From contig CAWDNU010000003.1 of NCBI GenBank assembly GCA_963803705.1, forward strand, positions 96,001-160,000: a stretch of DNA of 64,000 nucleotides. Direction: 5' to 3'. Position numbers and translations under genes: made by a program. Each line of letters begins with the position of its first letter. The stretch's first letter is position 1. The notes below the pieces were generated by a model. The model was given only the letters and a program-made list of their open reading frames with translations. It searched no databases and had not been told where the DNA came from. Shown here in pieces: positions 40,690-51,715 of the stretch. This DNA comes from an uncultured Pseudobdellovibrionaceae bacterium (GTDB lineage: Bacteria > Bdellovibrionota > Bdellovibrionia > Bdellovibrionales > UBA1609).

Positions 40690-43600
40690 ATGATTGATTC
40701 AATAATAACAAAATCGGTTCAGAACAGTGGCCTAGTATTCTTGCTCACAGGGATAATGATAGTTGGAGGCTGGTATTCTTACCAAAGTCTTCCTATTGAT
40801 GCTGTCCCTGATATAACTAACGTTCAGGTTCAAGTGAATACCACGGTAGAGGGCTTAGTTCCTGATGAGATAGAAAAGTTCATTACCTATCCCATTGAAA
40901 GTGAGATGGGTGGAATTCCAGAGATAGAGCAAATTAGATCAATAAGTCGTTTTGGTTTGTCTCAAGTGACGATAATCTTTAAAGATGGTGCAGACATTTA
41001 TCGTGCAAGACAACTGGTTTCTGAAAAACTGCAAAGTCTAAAAGGCTCTTTGCCAAATAATATTCAGCCCAACATGGGCCCCATAACCACTGGTCTTGGT
41101 GAAATATACTTCTATTCATTAGAAGCAAAAAAAGTGGCGACAGGTGAAGAGAGGATTAAGCAGCTCATGGAAATTCGAGCGCTTAACGAATGGACTATTC
41201 AACCCAGGCTTCTTTTGGTGGACGGGGTGGCTGAAATTAACAGTATTGGTGGGTTTGCAAAGCAGTTTTTTGTTCAGCCTAGAATGGATGATCTTTCAAA
41301 ATACGGAGTACATTTAGAAGAACTACTGAGTGCGATTAAAAATAATAATAGAAATACTGGTGGTGGATATATTCAGCAGACATCGGAGCAGCTTTTGATC
41401 CAAGCCAGCGGTTTAGTAAGAACAATTGAAGATATTGAAAACATTCCTCTAAAGAAACTTCCAAGCTTTAAGTCAATTTCAGTCAAAGATGTAGCCAATG
41501 TAAGACTTGATAAGCAGATTAGGACTGGTGCCGCTCTAGTTGATGGAAATGAAGTTGTTATGGGGACGGTTTTAATGCTCCTAGGTGAAAACAGTCGGAC
41601 TGTGTCTCAAAAAGTTGATGAGCGAGTGAAAGAGATTCGAAAAAGTTTACCCGAATGGGTTGAGATGAATACTCTTTATGATCGCTCAGTATTAGTTAAC
41701 TCGACACTGTCGACTGTCCAACACAATATTTTTTTTGGTGCAATTCTGGTGGCGTTTTTTTTATTGATTCTTATTGGAGATGTCAGAGTCACAATCATCA
41801 CTGTAATAACAATTCCTTTGTCTCTTTTGGCTACTTTTATATGGATGAAAGTATTTAATGTTTCAGGTAATCTAATGAGTCTTGGTGCTCTTGATTTTGG
41901 AATTATAATAGATGGTGCCGTTATCGTTATGGACAATTGTGTTCGGGTGGTTAGTCAAAGAGCAAAAAAAGCTGAAAGAAAGCTTTCGAGAGAGGAAGTA
42001 AAAGATGCGGTTATCTATGCAGCTAAAGAAATTAGGTCTGCTGCCGGATTTGGACAATTAATAATTGTTGTCGTGTTTTTACCGCTTTTTGCATTGACAG
42101 GAGTTGAAGCCAAAATGTTTACGCCTATGGCGGCAACCTTTTGCTTTGCTTTAGGCTCGGCATTTGTTTTATCTTTTTCTACTATTCCCGCAATAGCTGC
42201 TGTAACTCTGTCTGGTAATTTATCTTCCGATGATCCTTACTTTATGCGAATGTTAAGTAAAATTTATACTCCAATCATAAAAACTAGTTTGAGATTTAAA
42301 AAGTCAATAGTGTGTTTTGGGGTCATAAGCATTTTAGTTGGAGTCTTTACATTTTCAAGACTGGGTGCGGATTTTCTACCACAACTTGATGAGGGCTCAA
42401 TTGCGATACAATTTGTTAGACCAACGAACATATCGATTGATCAATCAGTTGAAATGCAAAAGATTTCAGAGAAGCTTATTTTAGAATTTAAAGAAGTTGA
42501 TAAAGTTATTTCTCGAATTGGAGTTTCTGAGATTGCAACTGATCCAATGGGTGTAAACATTTCAGATACATACTTACTGTTAAAGTCCAAAGATAAGTGG
42601 CCAGAGATTTCTGGCGGGAAAAGAGACAAGCTAAAGCTAGTGGAAGATATTAAAGATAAGCTAGAAAGCTCCCTTCCTGGTCAATCACTTATATTTTCTC
42701 AACCCGTTCAGCTACGGTTTAATGAGCTTTTAGAAGGGGTTCGCGCAGACGTTTCGTTTAAAGTTTTTGGGGAAGATATGGCGGTCATTAGTGAGATCGC
42801 CAAAGATGCGGCTAAAATAATAGCGGGAGTTGAAGGCGCCGGTGATTCCGAAGAAGAAGTGAAAGGAAAATCCCCTGTGCTTCGTATTACACCTGATAAT
42901 GCAAAACTAAGCAGTCTTGGGATTGCTAAGGAAAACATACTTGCAACAGTTGAAACAGCCATTGGTGGAACGGAAGCTGGATTTTTATATGAAGGAGTCA
43001 TGCGATTCCCGATTATAGTAAGATTAAGTGAAGCTGATAGATCGAATATTGATTCAATTAAAGAAGTACCAGTAGGGGTTTCGCAAAATCTAACTGTTCC
43101 AATGAAAGAGGTTGCTGATGTGGAAATTGCTGACACCTTTAGTGATATCAGGAGAGAATCTGCAAAAAAACGGGCCGCTGTTTTGGTAAACGTCCGAGGA
43201 AGAGATACCCAGAGTTTTGTTGAGGAAGCAAAAGCAACTGTCGAGAGAGAGTTAAAAATTCCTTCTGGATATTATGTTGAATGGGGCGGGAGTTTTAAAA
43301 ACTTAGAACAGGCTAAAAAAAGACTATCAGTCCTAGTTCCTTTAGCACTTATATTGGTTCTAATGATGATCTATATGGCCTTTGAAAGTATTTTGCAAAC
43401 CATTATGGTAGCAAGTTGTATACCTATGGCTTTGGTTGGCGGAGTGTTGGGTCTTACGATGAATGGTTTGGAATTTAGTATTTCAGCAGCAGTTGGTTTT
43501 ATTGCTCTCTCTGGAATTGCAGTCCTTAATGGTGTGGTCTTAGTCAGTTATTTTAACCAATTAAAGTTAGAGGGAGAGTCTGGGGATGGACTAATTATGA

Positions 43601-43833
43601 AAGGAACGTCGCTTAGACTTCGTCCAGTGATGATGACTGCCCTTACAGACATATTTGGGTTTATTCCGATGATGTTAGCCACCGGTGCTGGTGCTGAAGT
43701 GCAAAGACCACTGGCCTCTGTTGTTGTTGGTGGCATCATTTCGGCCACGATACTGACACTCGTTGTTCTGCCTGTTGTTTATCGCTTACTAGAAGATAAA
43801 ATGATTATAAAGCCCACTGGACTCACACATTAG
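40690..43833 (+). CDS. czcA: Heavy-metal efflux RND transporter
   Basis: PIDAVPDITNVQVQ, GPITTGLGEI, MSLGALDFG and EVQRPLA motifs. Confidence 0.95.
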   Translation: MIDSIITKSVQNSGLVFLLTGIMIVGGWYSYQSLPIDAVPDITNVQVQVNTTVEGLVPDEIEKFITYPIESEMGGIPEIEQIRSISRFGLSQVTIIFKDGADIYRARQLVSEKLQSLKGSLPNNIQPNMGPITTGLGEIYFYSLEAKKVATGEERIKQLMEIRALNEWTIQPRLLLVDGVAEINSIGGFAKQFFVQPRMDDLSKYGVHLEELLSAIKNNNRNTGGGYIQQTSEQLLIQASGLVRTIEDIENIPLKKLPSFKSISVKDVANVRLDKQIRTGAALVDGNEVVMGTVLMLLGENSRTVSQKVDERVKEIRKSLPEWVEMNTLYDRSVLVNSTLSTVQHNIFFGAILVAFFLLILIGDVRVTIITVITIPLSLLATFIWMKVFNVSGNLMSLGALDFGIIIDGAVIVMDNCVRVVSQRAKKAERKLSREEVKDAVIYAAKEIRSAAGFGQLIIVVVFLPLFALTGVEAKMFTPMAATFCFALGSAFVLSFSTIPAIAAVTLSGNLSSDDPYFMRMLSKIYTPIIKTSLRFKKSIVCFGVISILVGVFTFSRLGADFLPQLDEGSIAIQFVRPTNISIDQSVEMQKISEKLILEFKEVDKVISRIGVSEIATDPMGVNISDTYLLLKSKDKWPEISGGKRDKLKLVEDIKDKLESSLPGQSLIFSQPVQLRFNELLEGVRADVSFKVFGEDMAVISEIAKDAAKIIAGVEGAGDSEEEVKGKSPVLRITPDNAKLSSLGIAKENILATVETAIGGTEAGFLYEGVMRFPIIVRLSEADRSNIDSIKEVPVGVSQNLTVPMKEVADVEIADTFSDIRRESAKKRAAVLVNVRGRDTQSFVEEAKATVERELKIPSGYYVEWGGSFKNLEQAKKRLSVLVPLALILVLMMIYMAFESILQTIMVASCIPMALVGGVLGLTMNGLEFSISAAVGFIALSGIAVLNGVVLVSYFNQLKLEGESGDGLIMKGTSLRLRPVMMTALTDIFGFIPMMLATGAGAEVQRPLASVVVGGIISATILTLVVLPVVYRLLEDKMIIKPTGLTH

Positions 43834-43843
43834 GATATAAAAT

Positions 43844-44737
43844 ATGGCTCATGACCATACTAAGCTGACAAATAAAAAAGCTCTTTTTTGGGCGATAGTA
43901 ATAAATATAATTTTAACGATAGTCCAAGTGATTGGTGGAATTTTATCTGGTAGTCTTTCCCTACTGGCAGATGCACTTCATAATTTTAGTGATGCTGGGG
44001 CGTTAATAATTGCTTACCTAGCAGAAAAGGTTTCTGGGTGGTCACCAAATGAAGAGATGACCTTTGGATATGGAAGAGCACAAATCTTAGGAGCACTACT
44101 CAACAGCGTCACTTTGGTGATTGTTGGCTTTTATCTAATCTATGAAGCTTGGATGAGATACTTTAGCCCATCAAAAACTATTGATGGTTGGATGGTTATA
44201 TGGGTGGCTGTAGTCGCACTAGTGATAGATGCGTTCACAGCTTGGCTTACTTTTTCGGGGTCAAAAGAAAGCATCAACATGAAGGCCGCTTTTATCCATA
44301 ACATGTCTGATGCTTTGGCTTCTGTAGTGGTTATTATCTCTGGAGTGCTTATTCTTAATTATCAAGCTTTTTGGGTCGATTTAGTGGCTACTGTAATAAT
44401 CTCTCTGTACGTTTTGTACCAATCTGTGGGACTAATTAAAAGTAGCGTAAAAACTTTAATGCAAGCTGTCCCTGAAGATTTAAGCCAATCTAGGATTGTA
44501 GAGAAAATAAAAAATATTGAGGGTGTAGAAGATGTCCACCATGTACACCTATGGGCTATTTATGAAAAGTTTCGTTCACTTGAAGCTCATATCGTTGTGA
44601 GCGTCAAAGACTTAGAGTCTGTGGAAGTTATAAAAAAGGATATTAAACAAATCTTAAAAAAGTCTTTCGAAGTAAGCCACTCCACATTGGAGTTTGAAAG
44701 TATGGATTCAAATTGTAATGAAAATAAAAAATTTTAA
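43844..44737 (+). CDS. czcD: Cation diffusion facilitator
   Basis: SLSLLADALHNFSD, HNMSDA, HHVHLW and HSTLEFE motifs. Confidence 0.9.
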   Translation: MAHDHTKLTNKKALFWAIVINIILTIVQVIGGILSGSLSLLADALHNFSDAGALIIAYLAEKVSGWSPNEEMTFGYGRAQILGALLNSVTLVIVGFYLIYEAWMRYFSPSKTIDGWMVIWVAVVALVIDAFTAWLTFSGSKESINMKAAFIHNMSDALASVVVIISGVLILNYQAFWVDLVATVIISLYVLYQSVGLIKSSVKTLMQAVPEDLSQSRIVEKIKNIEGVEDVHHVHLWAIYEKFRSLEAHIVVSVKDLESVEVIKKDIKQILKKSFEVSHSTLEFESMDSNCNENKKF

Positions 44738-44826
44738 ATCTCTCGATGTAAGTGATGTGAACAAGGGACCTGGTCATTGGCCTAAATTTTAAAATAAAAA
44801 TTTTTATGTAAAAGATGGAGTAAAAG

Positions 44827-46773
44827 ATGGCGATTAAAATTAAGTCTGATCATGACCATAGTCAAGAAAATGAGAAGGATGGTTTTGTCTTGGGCAGTAG
44901 CTCAGACTATAAAATGAAGTTTTTAAAAAACCTATGGCCTTCTTTAACAAGTTTTACCTTTTTAGTTTTAGGGCTTTTAGCAGATCATATTTTTAAATTA
45001 GAATTTTTTAAAGGAAACATAAGATTTGTTTGGTATCTTTTGGCCTATTTACCAGTGGCTGTACCAGTCATCAAAGAGGCTTACCTAGGACTTTTATCAA
45101 GATCTTTTTTTACAGAGTTCACACTAATGTTTCTTGCTACCCTTGGTGCCTTCGCTTTAGGTGAGTATCCAGAAGCGGTAGCTGTTATGTTGTTTTATGC
45201 GATTGGCGAACAATTTCAACTGGGCGCCATCAACAGGGCAAAAAGTAATATCAAAGCCTTATTGGATGTGCGCCCTTCATCTGCCAGTGTTCTTAAAGAC
45301 AATGCATATATTGAAATGAAACCCGAGCTTGTTAACATTGGTGATACTGTTCAAGTTAAAAACGGTGAAAGCGTTCCTTTAGATGGAATTCTTTTAAATG
45401 AAACAGGAAGCTTTAATACCATAGCTTTAACTGGTGAAAGTGCGCCGCGAAGTAGCTTAAAGGGTGAGGCGGTTTTTGCAGGAATGATAAACTTAGGTAA
45501 AGTCATTGAAATTAAAGTTACAAAAATATTTAGTGATAGTTCTATTTCTAGAATTCTTGAATTGGTTCAAAACGCAACAGCTAAAAAAGCAAAAACCGAA
45601 CTGTTGATTCGAAGGCTTGCTAAAATATATACCCCAATTGTTTTTTTTGCTGCTATTTCATTAGTAATTTTTCCTTGGCTTTTTGACAATAACTTTGATT
45701 TTAATATTTGGCTTTATCGAGCCTTAGTCTTTTTGGTCATAAGTTGTCCGTGTGCTTTAGTTATATCCATTCCATTAGGATACTTTGGAGGAATTGGGGC
45801 TGCATCAAGGCATGGAATTTTATTTAAAGGTTCAAACTATTTAGATACCATGACAAAAGTGAATATGATCGTTATGGATAAAACAGGAACATTAACTGCG
45901 GGTGTGTTTAAAGTACAAAAAATTGAATCTGTTCATTTTAAGGAAGAACAATTTGTTGAAATTGTTTCAGCTCTTGAAAGTAAATCAACACACCCCATAG
46001 CAATCGCTATCACCCAGCATATTAAAGGAACTAATAGTTTTAGTGCCAACAATGTCGAGGAGATTTCAGGTCATGGACTTAAAGGCCAAGTGAACGAGTA
46101 TGCAGTCCTAGCTGGGAATACTAAACTTTTAAAGAAATTTAGTATTTCATATCCCAAAGAGGTGGATAAAATTATTGAAAGCATTGTGGTTGTGGCTATT
46201 GACGGCGCCTACGCAGGCTATATATCTGTGGCCGATCAAATAAAACCAGATGCGCAACAGGCTGTTAAAAAAATGCATGATCTTGGTCTTAAAACTATGA
46301 TGCTCAGTGGGGATAAAAAATCTATCACTGAAAAAGTAGCACAACAGGTGGGTGTCGACTTTGCTTTTGGCGATCTTTTGCCCGAAGATAAAGTTCGCGA
46401 GCTTGAAAAATTAAAAAAAGATAAATCGAATATTATTGTTTTTGTGGGTGATGGTATTAATGATGCCCCCGTTTTGGCTTTAAGTGATGTGGGTATAGCT
46501 ATGGGTGGTTTAGGAAGTGATGCTGCGATTGAAACAGCCAATGTTATTATTCAGAATGATCAGCCTTCTAAAATTATTACAGCTATACATATTGCAAAAG
46601 TCACTCGCCGGATTGTTTTGCAAAATATCACCTTAGCTTTCACAGTTAAAATCGTAGTTCTTATTTTAGGAGCCGGAGGGCTCGCTACAATGTGGGAAGC
46701 GGTTTTCGCAGATGTGGGAGTAGCTTTTCTTGCTATTTTAAATGCGATTAGAATTCAGAAAATGAAATTTTAA
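44827..46773 (+). CDS. cadA: Zn/Cd P1B-type ATPase
   Basis: TGES, SCPCAL, DKTGTLT, GDGINDAP and MWEAVFADVG motifs. Confidence 0.92.
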   Translation: MAIKIKSDHDHSQENEKDGFVLGSSSDYKMKFLKNLWPSLTSFTFLVLGLLADHIFKLEFFKGNIRFVWYLLAYLPVAVPVIKEAYLGLLSRSFFTEFTLMFLATLGAFALGEYPEAVAVMLFYAIGEQFQLGAINRAKSNIKALLDVRPSSASVLKDNAYIEMKPELVNIGDTVQVKNGESVPLDGILLNETGSFNTIALTGESAPRSSLKGEAVFAGMINLGKVIEIKVTKIFSDSSISRILELVQNATAKKAKTELLIRRLAKIYTPIVFFAAISLVIFPWLFDNNFDFNIWLYRALVFLVISCPCALVISIPLGYFGGIGAASRHGILFKGSNYLDTMTKVNMIVMDKTGTLTAGVFKVQKIESVHFKEEQFVEIVSALESKSTHPIAIAITQHIKGTNSFSANNVEEISGHGLKGQVNEYAVLAGNTKLLKKFSISYPKEVDKIIESIVVVAIDGAYAGYISVADQIKPDAQQAVKKMHDLGLKTMMLSGDKKSITEKVAQQVGVDFAFGDLLPEDKVRELEKLKKDKSNIIVFVGDGINDAPVLALSDVGIAMGGLGSDAAIETANVIIQNDQPSKIITAIHIAKVTRRIVLQNITLAFTVKIVVLILGAGGLATMWEAVFADVGVAFLAILNAIRIQKMKF

Positions 46774-46798
46774 TTGAGTGTTTTAACTTAATATCAAG

Positions 46799-46835
46799 CA
46801 GCATATTCAAGAACTTGAATATGCTGATCTTTTTC
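46799..46835 (+). terminator. Rho-independent terminator after cadA
   Basis: Perfect 13-bp stem CAGCATATTCAAG-AA-CTTGAATATGCTG followed by a T-run. Confidence 0.75.
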
Positions 46836-46848
46836 TTATAGGATTATT

Positions 46849-47010
46849 TTAATTTTTTGAAACAACATCATTTCTCCAAATCTCAAACTTTGAAACATCT
46901 GTGTATATTCCTGATAAGCCTTTAGTTTCGCAACCAAAGCCCCAACTTACGATTCCAGTTAAGACGCTTTTTCCAGTAAATCTATTTGTATAAAAAATGG
47001 GACCTCCACT
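46849..47010 (-). pseudogene. C-terminal remnant of a trypsin-like (S1) protease
   Basis: SGGP...GIVSWGFGC...GIYTDVS; N-terminal His/Asp region absent. Confidence 0.8.
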
Positions 47011-47300
47011 GGGCTCAACTAAGTGGAAAAGTCTCACTTAAGCAGTCTTCTAAAGTTGTCTTTTAACGTATCAACTAAACATCTGACCCATTCTTCAGTT
47101 TATCCGAACAAAAAAATGAAATTAGTTAATTTCATTCAACTTGGACTTACTAAATAAGTTGATAATTTAAGCAAAGTTAAACTTGATAATTAAAAATTTT
47201 TAATTATTTTATTCAATTTTGAAAATTTTTCTATTGATTATGTTTAATGTAGTGCTATACCTTTCATCAGCTACGGCTATAATGCGATACAGTTAGGGGT

Positions 47301-48827
47301 TTGAGGGGATTAGTGCAAGATTTCGATTCAAGACTAAAAATTTTAATTGTAGATGATGAAGTTCATGCGCAACTGGCCAATGAGCGAGTTGTTACAAAAC
47401 TTTGTGCTGAAATAAGCTCCATAGATCCCATTATTAAGATTGCCTCAAGTCTTCCTGAACTAAAATCAGCTTTATCTAATGATGAATATCATCTTGTTCT
47501 TTTAGATAAAGATCTTGGTCCAGACGAAACCAGTAAACCTATCGATGGCATTGACCTTATCCCAATGATCTTAGAGGTCCAGCCTCACGCTAGGGTTATC
47601 TTAATAACAGGCTTCAGAGACTCTAAGCTTGCGGTAAAAGCTATAGAGAATGGGGCCACTGACTTTATAACTAAGGCCGAAACAGAAGAAGAAAGAAAGT
47701 ACAGAGACTCAAGAATCCTTAAAGCAATAAAAGAAGCCAGACTTGAATTAGAAACCTTAAGGAAGAAGTACATCGGCCAAGAATATGTCAGCGGATATGT
47801 TTGTAAATCAGATGCGATGAAGCTCTTGGATATTAATCTTCATCAATTGGCAGAGGTTCCAACTCCTGTGCTCATACTGGGTGAGTCAGGGCTAGGTAAA
47901 ACCCACACGGCTAAAAGACTTCATGAGCTTACAAAGAAATTTAAAAAAGATCCAAAAAGAACTTTTGCTAATATTAACATTAACTCACTTTCAGACAATT
48001 TGCTTTTATCAGAACTTTTTGGTCATGAAAAAGGGGCTTTTACGGGAGCTAATGAAACTAAAAAGGGTCTTTTTGAAATCTGTAGAGATGGAGATCTTTT
48101 TTTAGATGAGATAGGAGATGCAAGTCCAGCAGTTCAAGGGGCACTTCTTAAAGTGATATGTGAAAAAGAATTTTGTCGTGTTGGTAGCAGTATCCCAATC
48201 AAAACCAAGGCGAGGCTTATTTTTGCAACCAACAAAGATCTTGAAGTGATGATGAAGGCTGGCCAATTTAGATCTGAACTTTATGGGCGTATGTGTTCCG
48301 CTAAAATTCAGATGCCAAAACTAATAGACCGCAAGAAAGATATTCCATATATCTGTCAAAATTTAACAGACCTTTTAAAAGAAGAAAGTGGTAAAAACAT
48401 TTCTTTCACAGATTTTCCAGCAACTTTAAAAAATCATTTTCAACGTGATTACATTCCCTTTAATATTAGAGGTATTAAAAGTGATTTAGAACGTATCATG
48501 ATTTATAGCCCTATTAAGTTTGACGGAGATTTTGACTATAGAGGTTGGCGAAAAATTTTATCAAGCGAATCTAATCAAGCGAACCACAATAGTCAGTCTT
48601 ATAATATTGATAATATCATGGAGCTTTTAGTTGAGCGAATGGGAAGCGCTGATTGGCCCGGTCTTCATGGAATAAAAGATAAGCTAGAAGAGAAAATCTT
48701 ACTTAGAGTTCAAGAAAAATTTTCGACCAACAAAACCAGAGCGAAGGTACTGGGCGTCTCAGAATCTTTGGCATGTATGAAGATGAAAAAATATAATACT
48801 AAATATAAAGCGGATGGTACGCTATGA
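47301..48827 (+). CDS. NtrC-family sigma54-dependent response regulator, copy 2
   Basis: Receiver (IVDD, LLDKD, ITKA), GESGLGKT, ELFGHEKGAFTGA, FLDEIG and C-terminal HTH; TTG start as in copy 1. Confidence 0.93.
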   Translation: MRGLVQDFDSRLKILIVDDEVHAQLANERVVTKLCAEISSIDPIIKIASSLPELKSALSNDEYHLVLLDKDLGPDETSKPIDGIDLIPMILEVQPHARVILITGFRDSKLAVKAIENGATDFITKAETEEERKYRDSRILKAIKEARLELETLRKKYIGQEYVSGYVCKSDAMKLLDINLHQLAEVPTPVLILGESGLGKTHTAKRLHELTKKFKKDPKRTFANININSLSDNLLLSELFGHEKGAFTGANETKKGLFEICRDGDLFLDEIGDASPAVQGALLKVICEKEFCRVGSSIPIKTKARLIFATNKDLEVMMKAGQFRSELYGRMCSAKIQMPKLIDRKKDIPYICQNLTDLLKEESGKNISFTDFPATLKNHFQRDYIPFNIRGIKSDLERIMIYSPIKFDGDFDYRGWRKILSSESNQANHNSQSYNIDNIMELLVERMGSADWPGLHGIKDKLEEKILLRVQEKFSTNKTRAKVLGVSESLACMKMKKYNTKYKADGTL

Positions 48828-51709
48828 GATTCGTAAAAGTTATTTTATCCATTTTGATTCTAAGTAATTTTATATTTGGATGCTCGGCTAAAAAAGATCA
48901 ACCCAGACCCAATATCGAAAAACAAAAAGCAGAAGCAAGTCTTGATCTTTTTGAAGCCATTTTAAAGAGCGATGTTTTAGCTGTTAAAAAAGCGATAGGC
49001 GAAGGCGCTGACGTAAATATGTACGACTTTGAGGGTTACACTCCAATCATTAAAGCTTTGCAGATGGGTAACCCGATTATTGTAAGAGATCTATTAGACA
49101 GTGGTGCTAAAATCTTTAAACCAAAAGCTAATGATATAAATGTTGATATTTTTTTAAGTTATGATGAAAACTCTGATAACGAAGTGGCTTTGCTTATAAA
49201 TAATGAAGTGAAACGAATTGGTCTTGAGTCCGAGAAAATAATTCATTTAAAAGAATTTGATAGGTCACTAAACTACTTTCAAGACAACTTTATTCCACCA
49301 ACGATTTTAATGCCTGGTCGATTAGAGTCAGCAGTTCTAATGGCTTCAAAATACACAGATATCAACACCGATCTTACTTTTTTAAAGTATTTGATTTTTC
49401 ATCCAAAAAACACTGGGTCTGAACTTGAAAACATATCTGAAGAATTATTAAGAATTACCTCTGAAGTTAAGTCTATAGAATTTTTAGGAAGCTTGGTTAC
49501 TGAATACAAATTAAAAGAGGCTGATCATAGGTTTTCAACTATCAATGAATTAGACTACGAGGTCGTTTGGTTTAAAGAAAAGCTTGAGCTTTTAAGGTTA
49601 GAAAATATTTATGTGGTTAAATCAGAAGTTGAAGCTCCATTTAAAAGCTCAAAATTTGAATTAAGATCTGATTTAGAATCAAAATCAGTTTATGAAGATT
49701 TATTAGCTGAAGTTTTAATGACTAGAATTGTAAATGTATCACATTATGACAGAAACAGTTTGGTTCAAATCGCGATTGTCGATCTTTCATATAGATCTTA
49801 TACAGACATCAACTTTTTAACTTGGGTAACAGGGGCAATTGATGTCTGGAAAAGGCATAGACCAGCCCTTCCATCGACTGGATATCAATTCGATAAAAAT
49901 GCGATCATAATTTTACAAGCCTTAGAGTTAAATACGAATTACGATTTAGACACAGTTAAGGCTACGTTTGATAGTTTGGCTTTGTTTGCAGATGTTCAAG
50001 AAAATAAATCTGAAGAAAGCTTTAAACTAATTTTAGGGTCAGATAATTTTCAGGATCATCATAAAAAAGAGCTTTTAAAATTAATTTTAGAAAAGACACA
50101 TGTATTGCCACAAAACATAATGGCGATAGCTATTGAAAATGGAGGGTATAGAACTTTAAGAGTGCTTTTAGATTCAGGCTTTAATATAGATCCTGAAAAT
50201 CAAAAAAGCTCGGTTCTAGCGGCTGTCATAAATTCCACTTCAGCCGGTGACGCCGTTACAATTCTAAATTTACTTAAAGATTATGGCGTTGATTTTAATT
50301 CAGACTTTGGGGCTGATGCAATGCTTGTGGCTTTTAATAAGGCTTGGAATGGCAATCAAATAGATTACTTAAATGTGACATCCTTTTTAATGAATACGTC
50401 GCCCTCTATTTTTGAAAATATTAAAAGTGAAAGAGTGCAAAACTTAGTGAAAGAAATTTTAAATGCTGTAAGAGATAGAAAGCAAGACTGGTCTATTTTA
50501 AAAACTATTTTTAACAATATCCCTGAAGCAGTAGTTTACGAAAGAGAATTGATTATAAATGAATCGACTCTAAAAGTTAAAATGAGTCTGCTGTGGGATT
50601 TGATTTTAACAATGTATCATGTTTATGACTTTAATTATGAAGAGCTTGTCCCAATAATCAATCTTCTAGATTCAGTCTTATCGAAGTTTAATTTAGAAAC
50701 AAACGCCATGGCTGTATTGGTTGATGGAAATCAGCTTGATTCTATAAAAAATTTGATCCATGGAATGTTACCAGTAAGCCTATTGTTGTCCGCAGGTAAA
50801 GATGAAATTGAAAAAGCACTTCTTAAAATTGACGATAGACCTTTAACCTTAAATGAACCAAATCAAAGAATATCGTTTCAGGTATTTATGGATAGTGATT
50901 TTTTTAAAAAATATTCTGAGGAAAGAGATTATTGGAAGGAAGTTTCTAAGGTTTTGATTAAAAATTCAAGTTCACAGCTTGAGCTGTCCAACGATTGGTC
51001 TTCACTTAATTTTTATAAGATTTTAGTTGAATCAGGACTTTTAAGAAGTTTTCAAGGTTTAGCAAATATCATTGATATTAGAAATATTGAATTGATTGAC
51101 AGTGAGATATCTTGCTCATTTCTACAACACGATAACAGCAATCCAAATAATTTTGGAATTGGATTTGATAATGCTTCAAGAAGTGACTTCCATTTGACTT
51201 CTGAACAATGGACTACCTTAGGTAGTTTTGAAGCCTTGATTACATACAAAGATAGAGCTTGTTCTGGCGATGAGATTACTGAGACTGAAATAAGCTTTAT
51301 TTCGGAATATATTAATGCAAATTACACAAATCAAATAAATCGAACTTCCCTGAATTCTTTTTCTGGAAATTTAAAAGACTGTTCATCGCTATATTTAGAT
51401 CAATCTAATTCATTGCAAAGAGTTTATTATACAGAGTTAGGTGTCTTAACAGACAACGAAGATCAAGATGGTGTGACCTCAACTTTTAGAAATATCAGAT
51501 TCGGAGGTTTTGATCAGAAGTGCATGGTCTATCCTCATAGTCCTAGGCTTCATCTAGAAGCTAAAAAAGAGTTTCTAGAGTCTTGGTTTTACTGCGCTAA
51601 AAATTTAAATCAGACAAGATCTGTAAATTTATTTGAGCGACTTAAAGGCAACTTTGACCTTGAACCCATTGAACATGAACGTTCTGATATAAAAATCTGT
51701 AGGATGTAG
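48824..51709 (+). CDS. Large ankyrin-repeat lipoprotein with Cys-containing C-terminal domain, copy 2
   Basis: Lipobox IFGC; GADVN...GYTPII ankyrin repeats; intact 961 aa. Confidence 0.8.
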   Translation: MRFVKVILSILILSNFIFGCSAKKDQPRPNIEKQKAEASLDLFEAILKSDVLAVKKAIGEGADVNMYDFEGYTPIIKALQMGNPIIVRDLLDSGAKIFKPKANDINVDIFLSYDENSDNEVALLINNEVKRIGLESEKIIHLKEFDRSLNYFQDNFIPPTILMPGRLESAVLMASKYTDINTDLTFLKYLIFHPKNTGSELENISEELLRITSEVKSIEFLGSLVTEYKLKEADHRFSTINELDYEVVWFKEKLELLRLENIYVVKSEVEAPFKSSKFELRSDLESKSVYEDLLAEVLMTRIVNVSHYDRNSLVQIAIVDLSYRSYTDINFLTWVTGAIDVWKRHRPALPSTGYQFDKNAIIILQALELNTNYDLDTVKATFDSLALFADVQENKSEESFKLILGSDNFQDHHKKELLKLILEKTHVLPQNIMAIAIENGGYRTLRVLLDSGFNIDPENQKSSVLAAVINSTSAGDAVTILNLLKDYGVDFNSDFGADAMLVAFNKAWNGNQIDYLNVTSFLMNTSPSIFENIKSERVQNLVKEILNAVRDRKQDWSILKTIFNNIPEAVVYERELIINESTLKVKMSLLWDLILTMYHVYDFNYEELVPIINLLDSVLSKFNLETNAMAVLVDGNQLDSIKNLIHGMLPVSLLLSAGKDEIEKALLKIDDRPLTLNEPNQRISFQVFMDSDFFKKYSEERDYWKEVSKVLIKNSSSQLELSNDWSSLNFYKILVESGLLRSFQGLANIIDIRNIELIDSEISCSFLQHDNSNPNNFGIGFDNASRSDFHLTSEQWTTLGSFEALITYKDRACSGDEITETEISFISEYINANYTNQINRTSLNSFSGNLKDCSSLYLDQSNSLQRVYYTELGVLTDNEDQDGVTSTFRNIRFGGFDQKCMVYPHSPRLHLEAKKEFLESWFYCAKNLNQTRSVNLFERLKGNFDLEPIEHERSDIKICRM

Positions 51710-51715
51710 CTTTTA

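Noticed and set aside
47011..47100. Possible IS end (GGGCTCAACTAAGTGG...) at the trypsin junction
   Set aside because: No partner inverted repeat or transposase found
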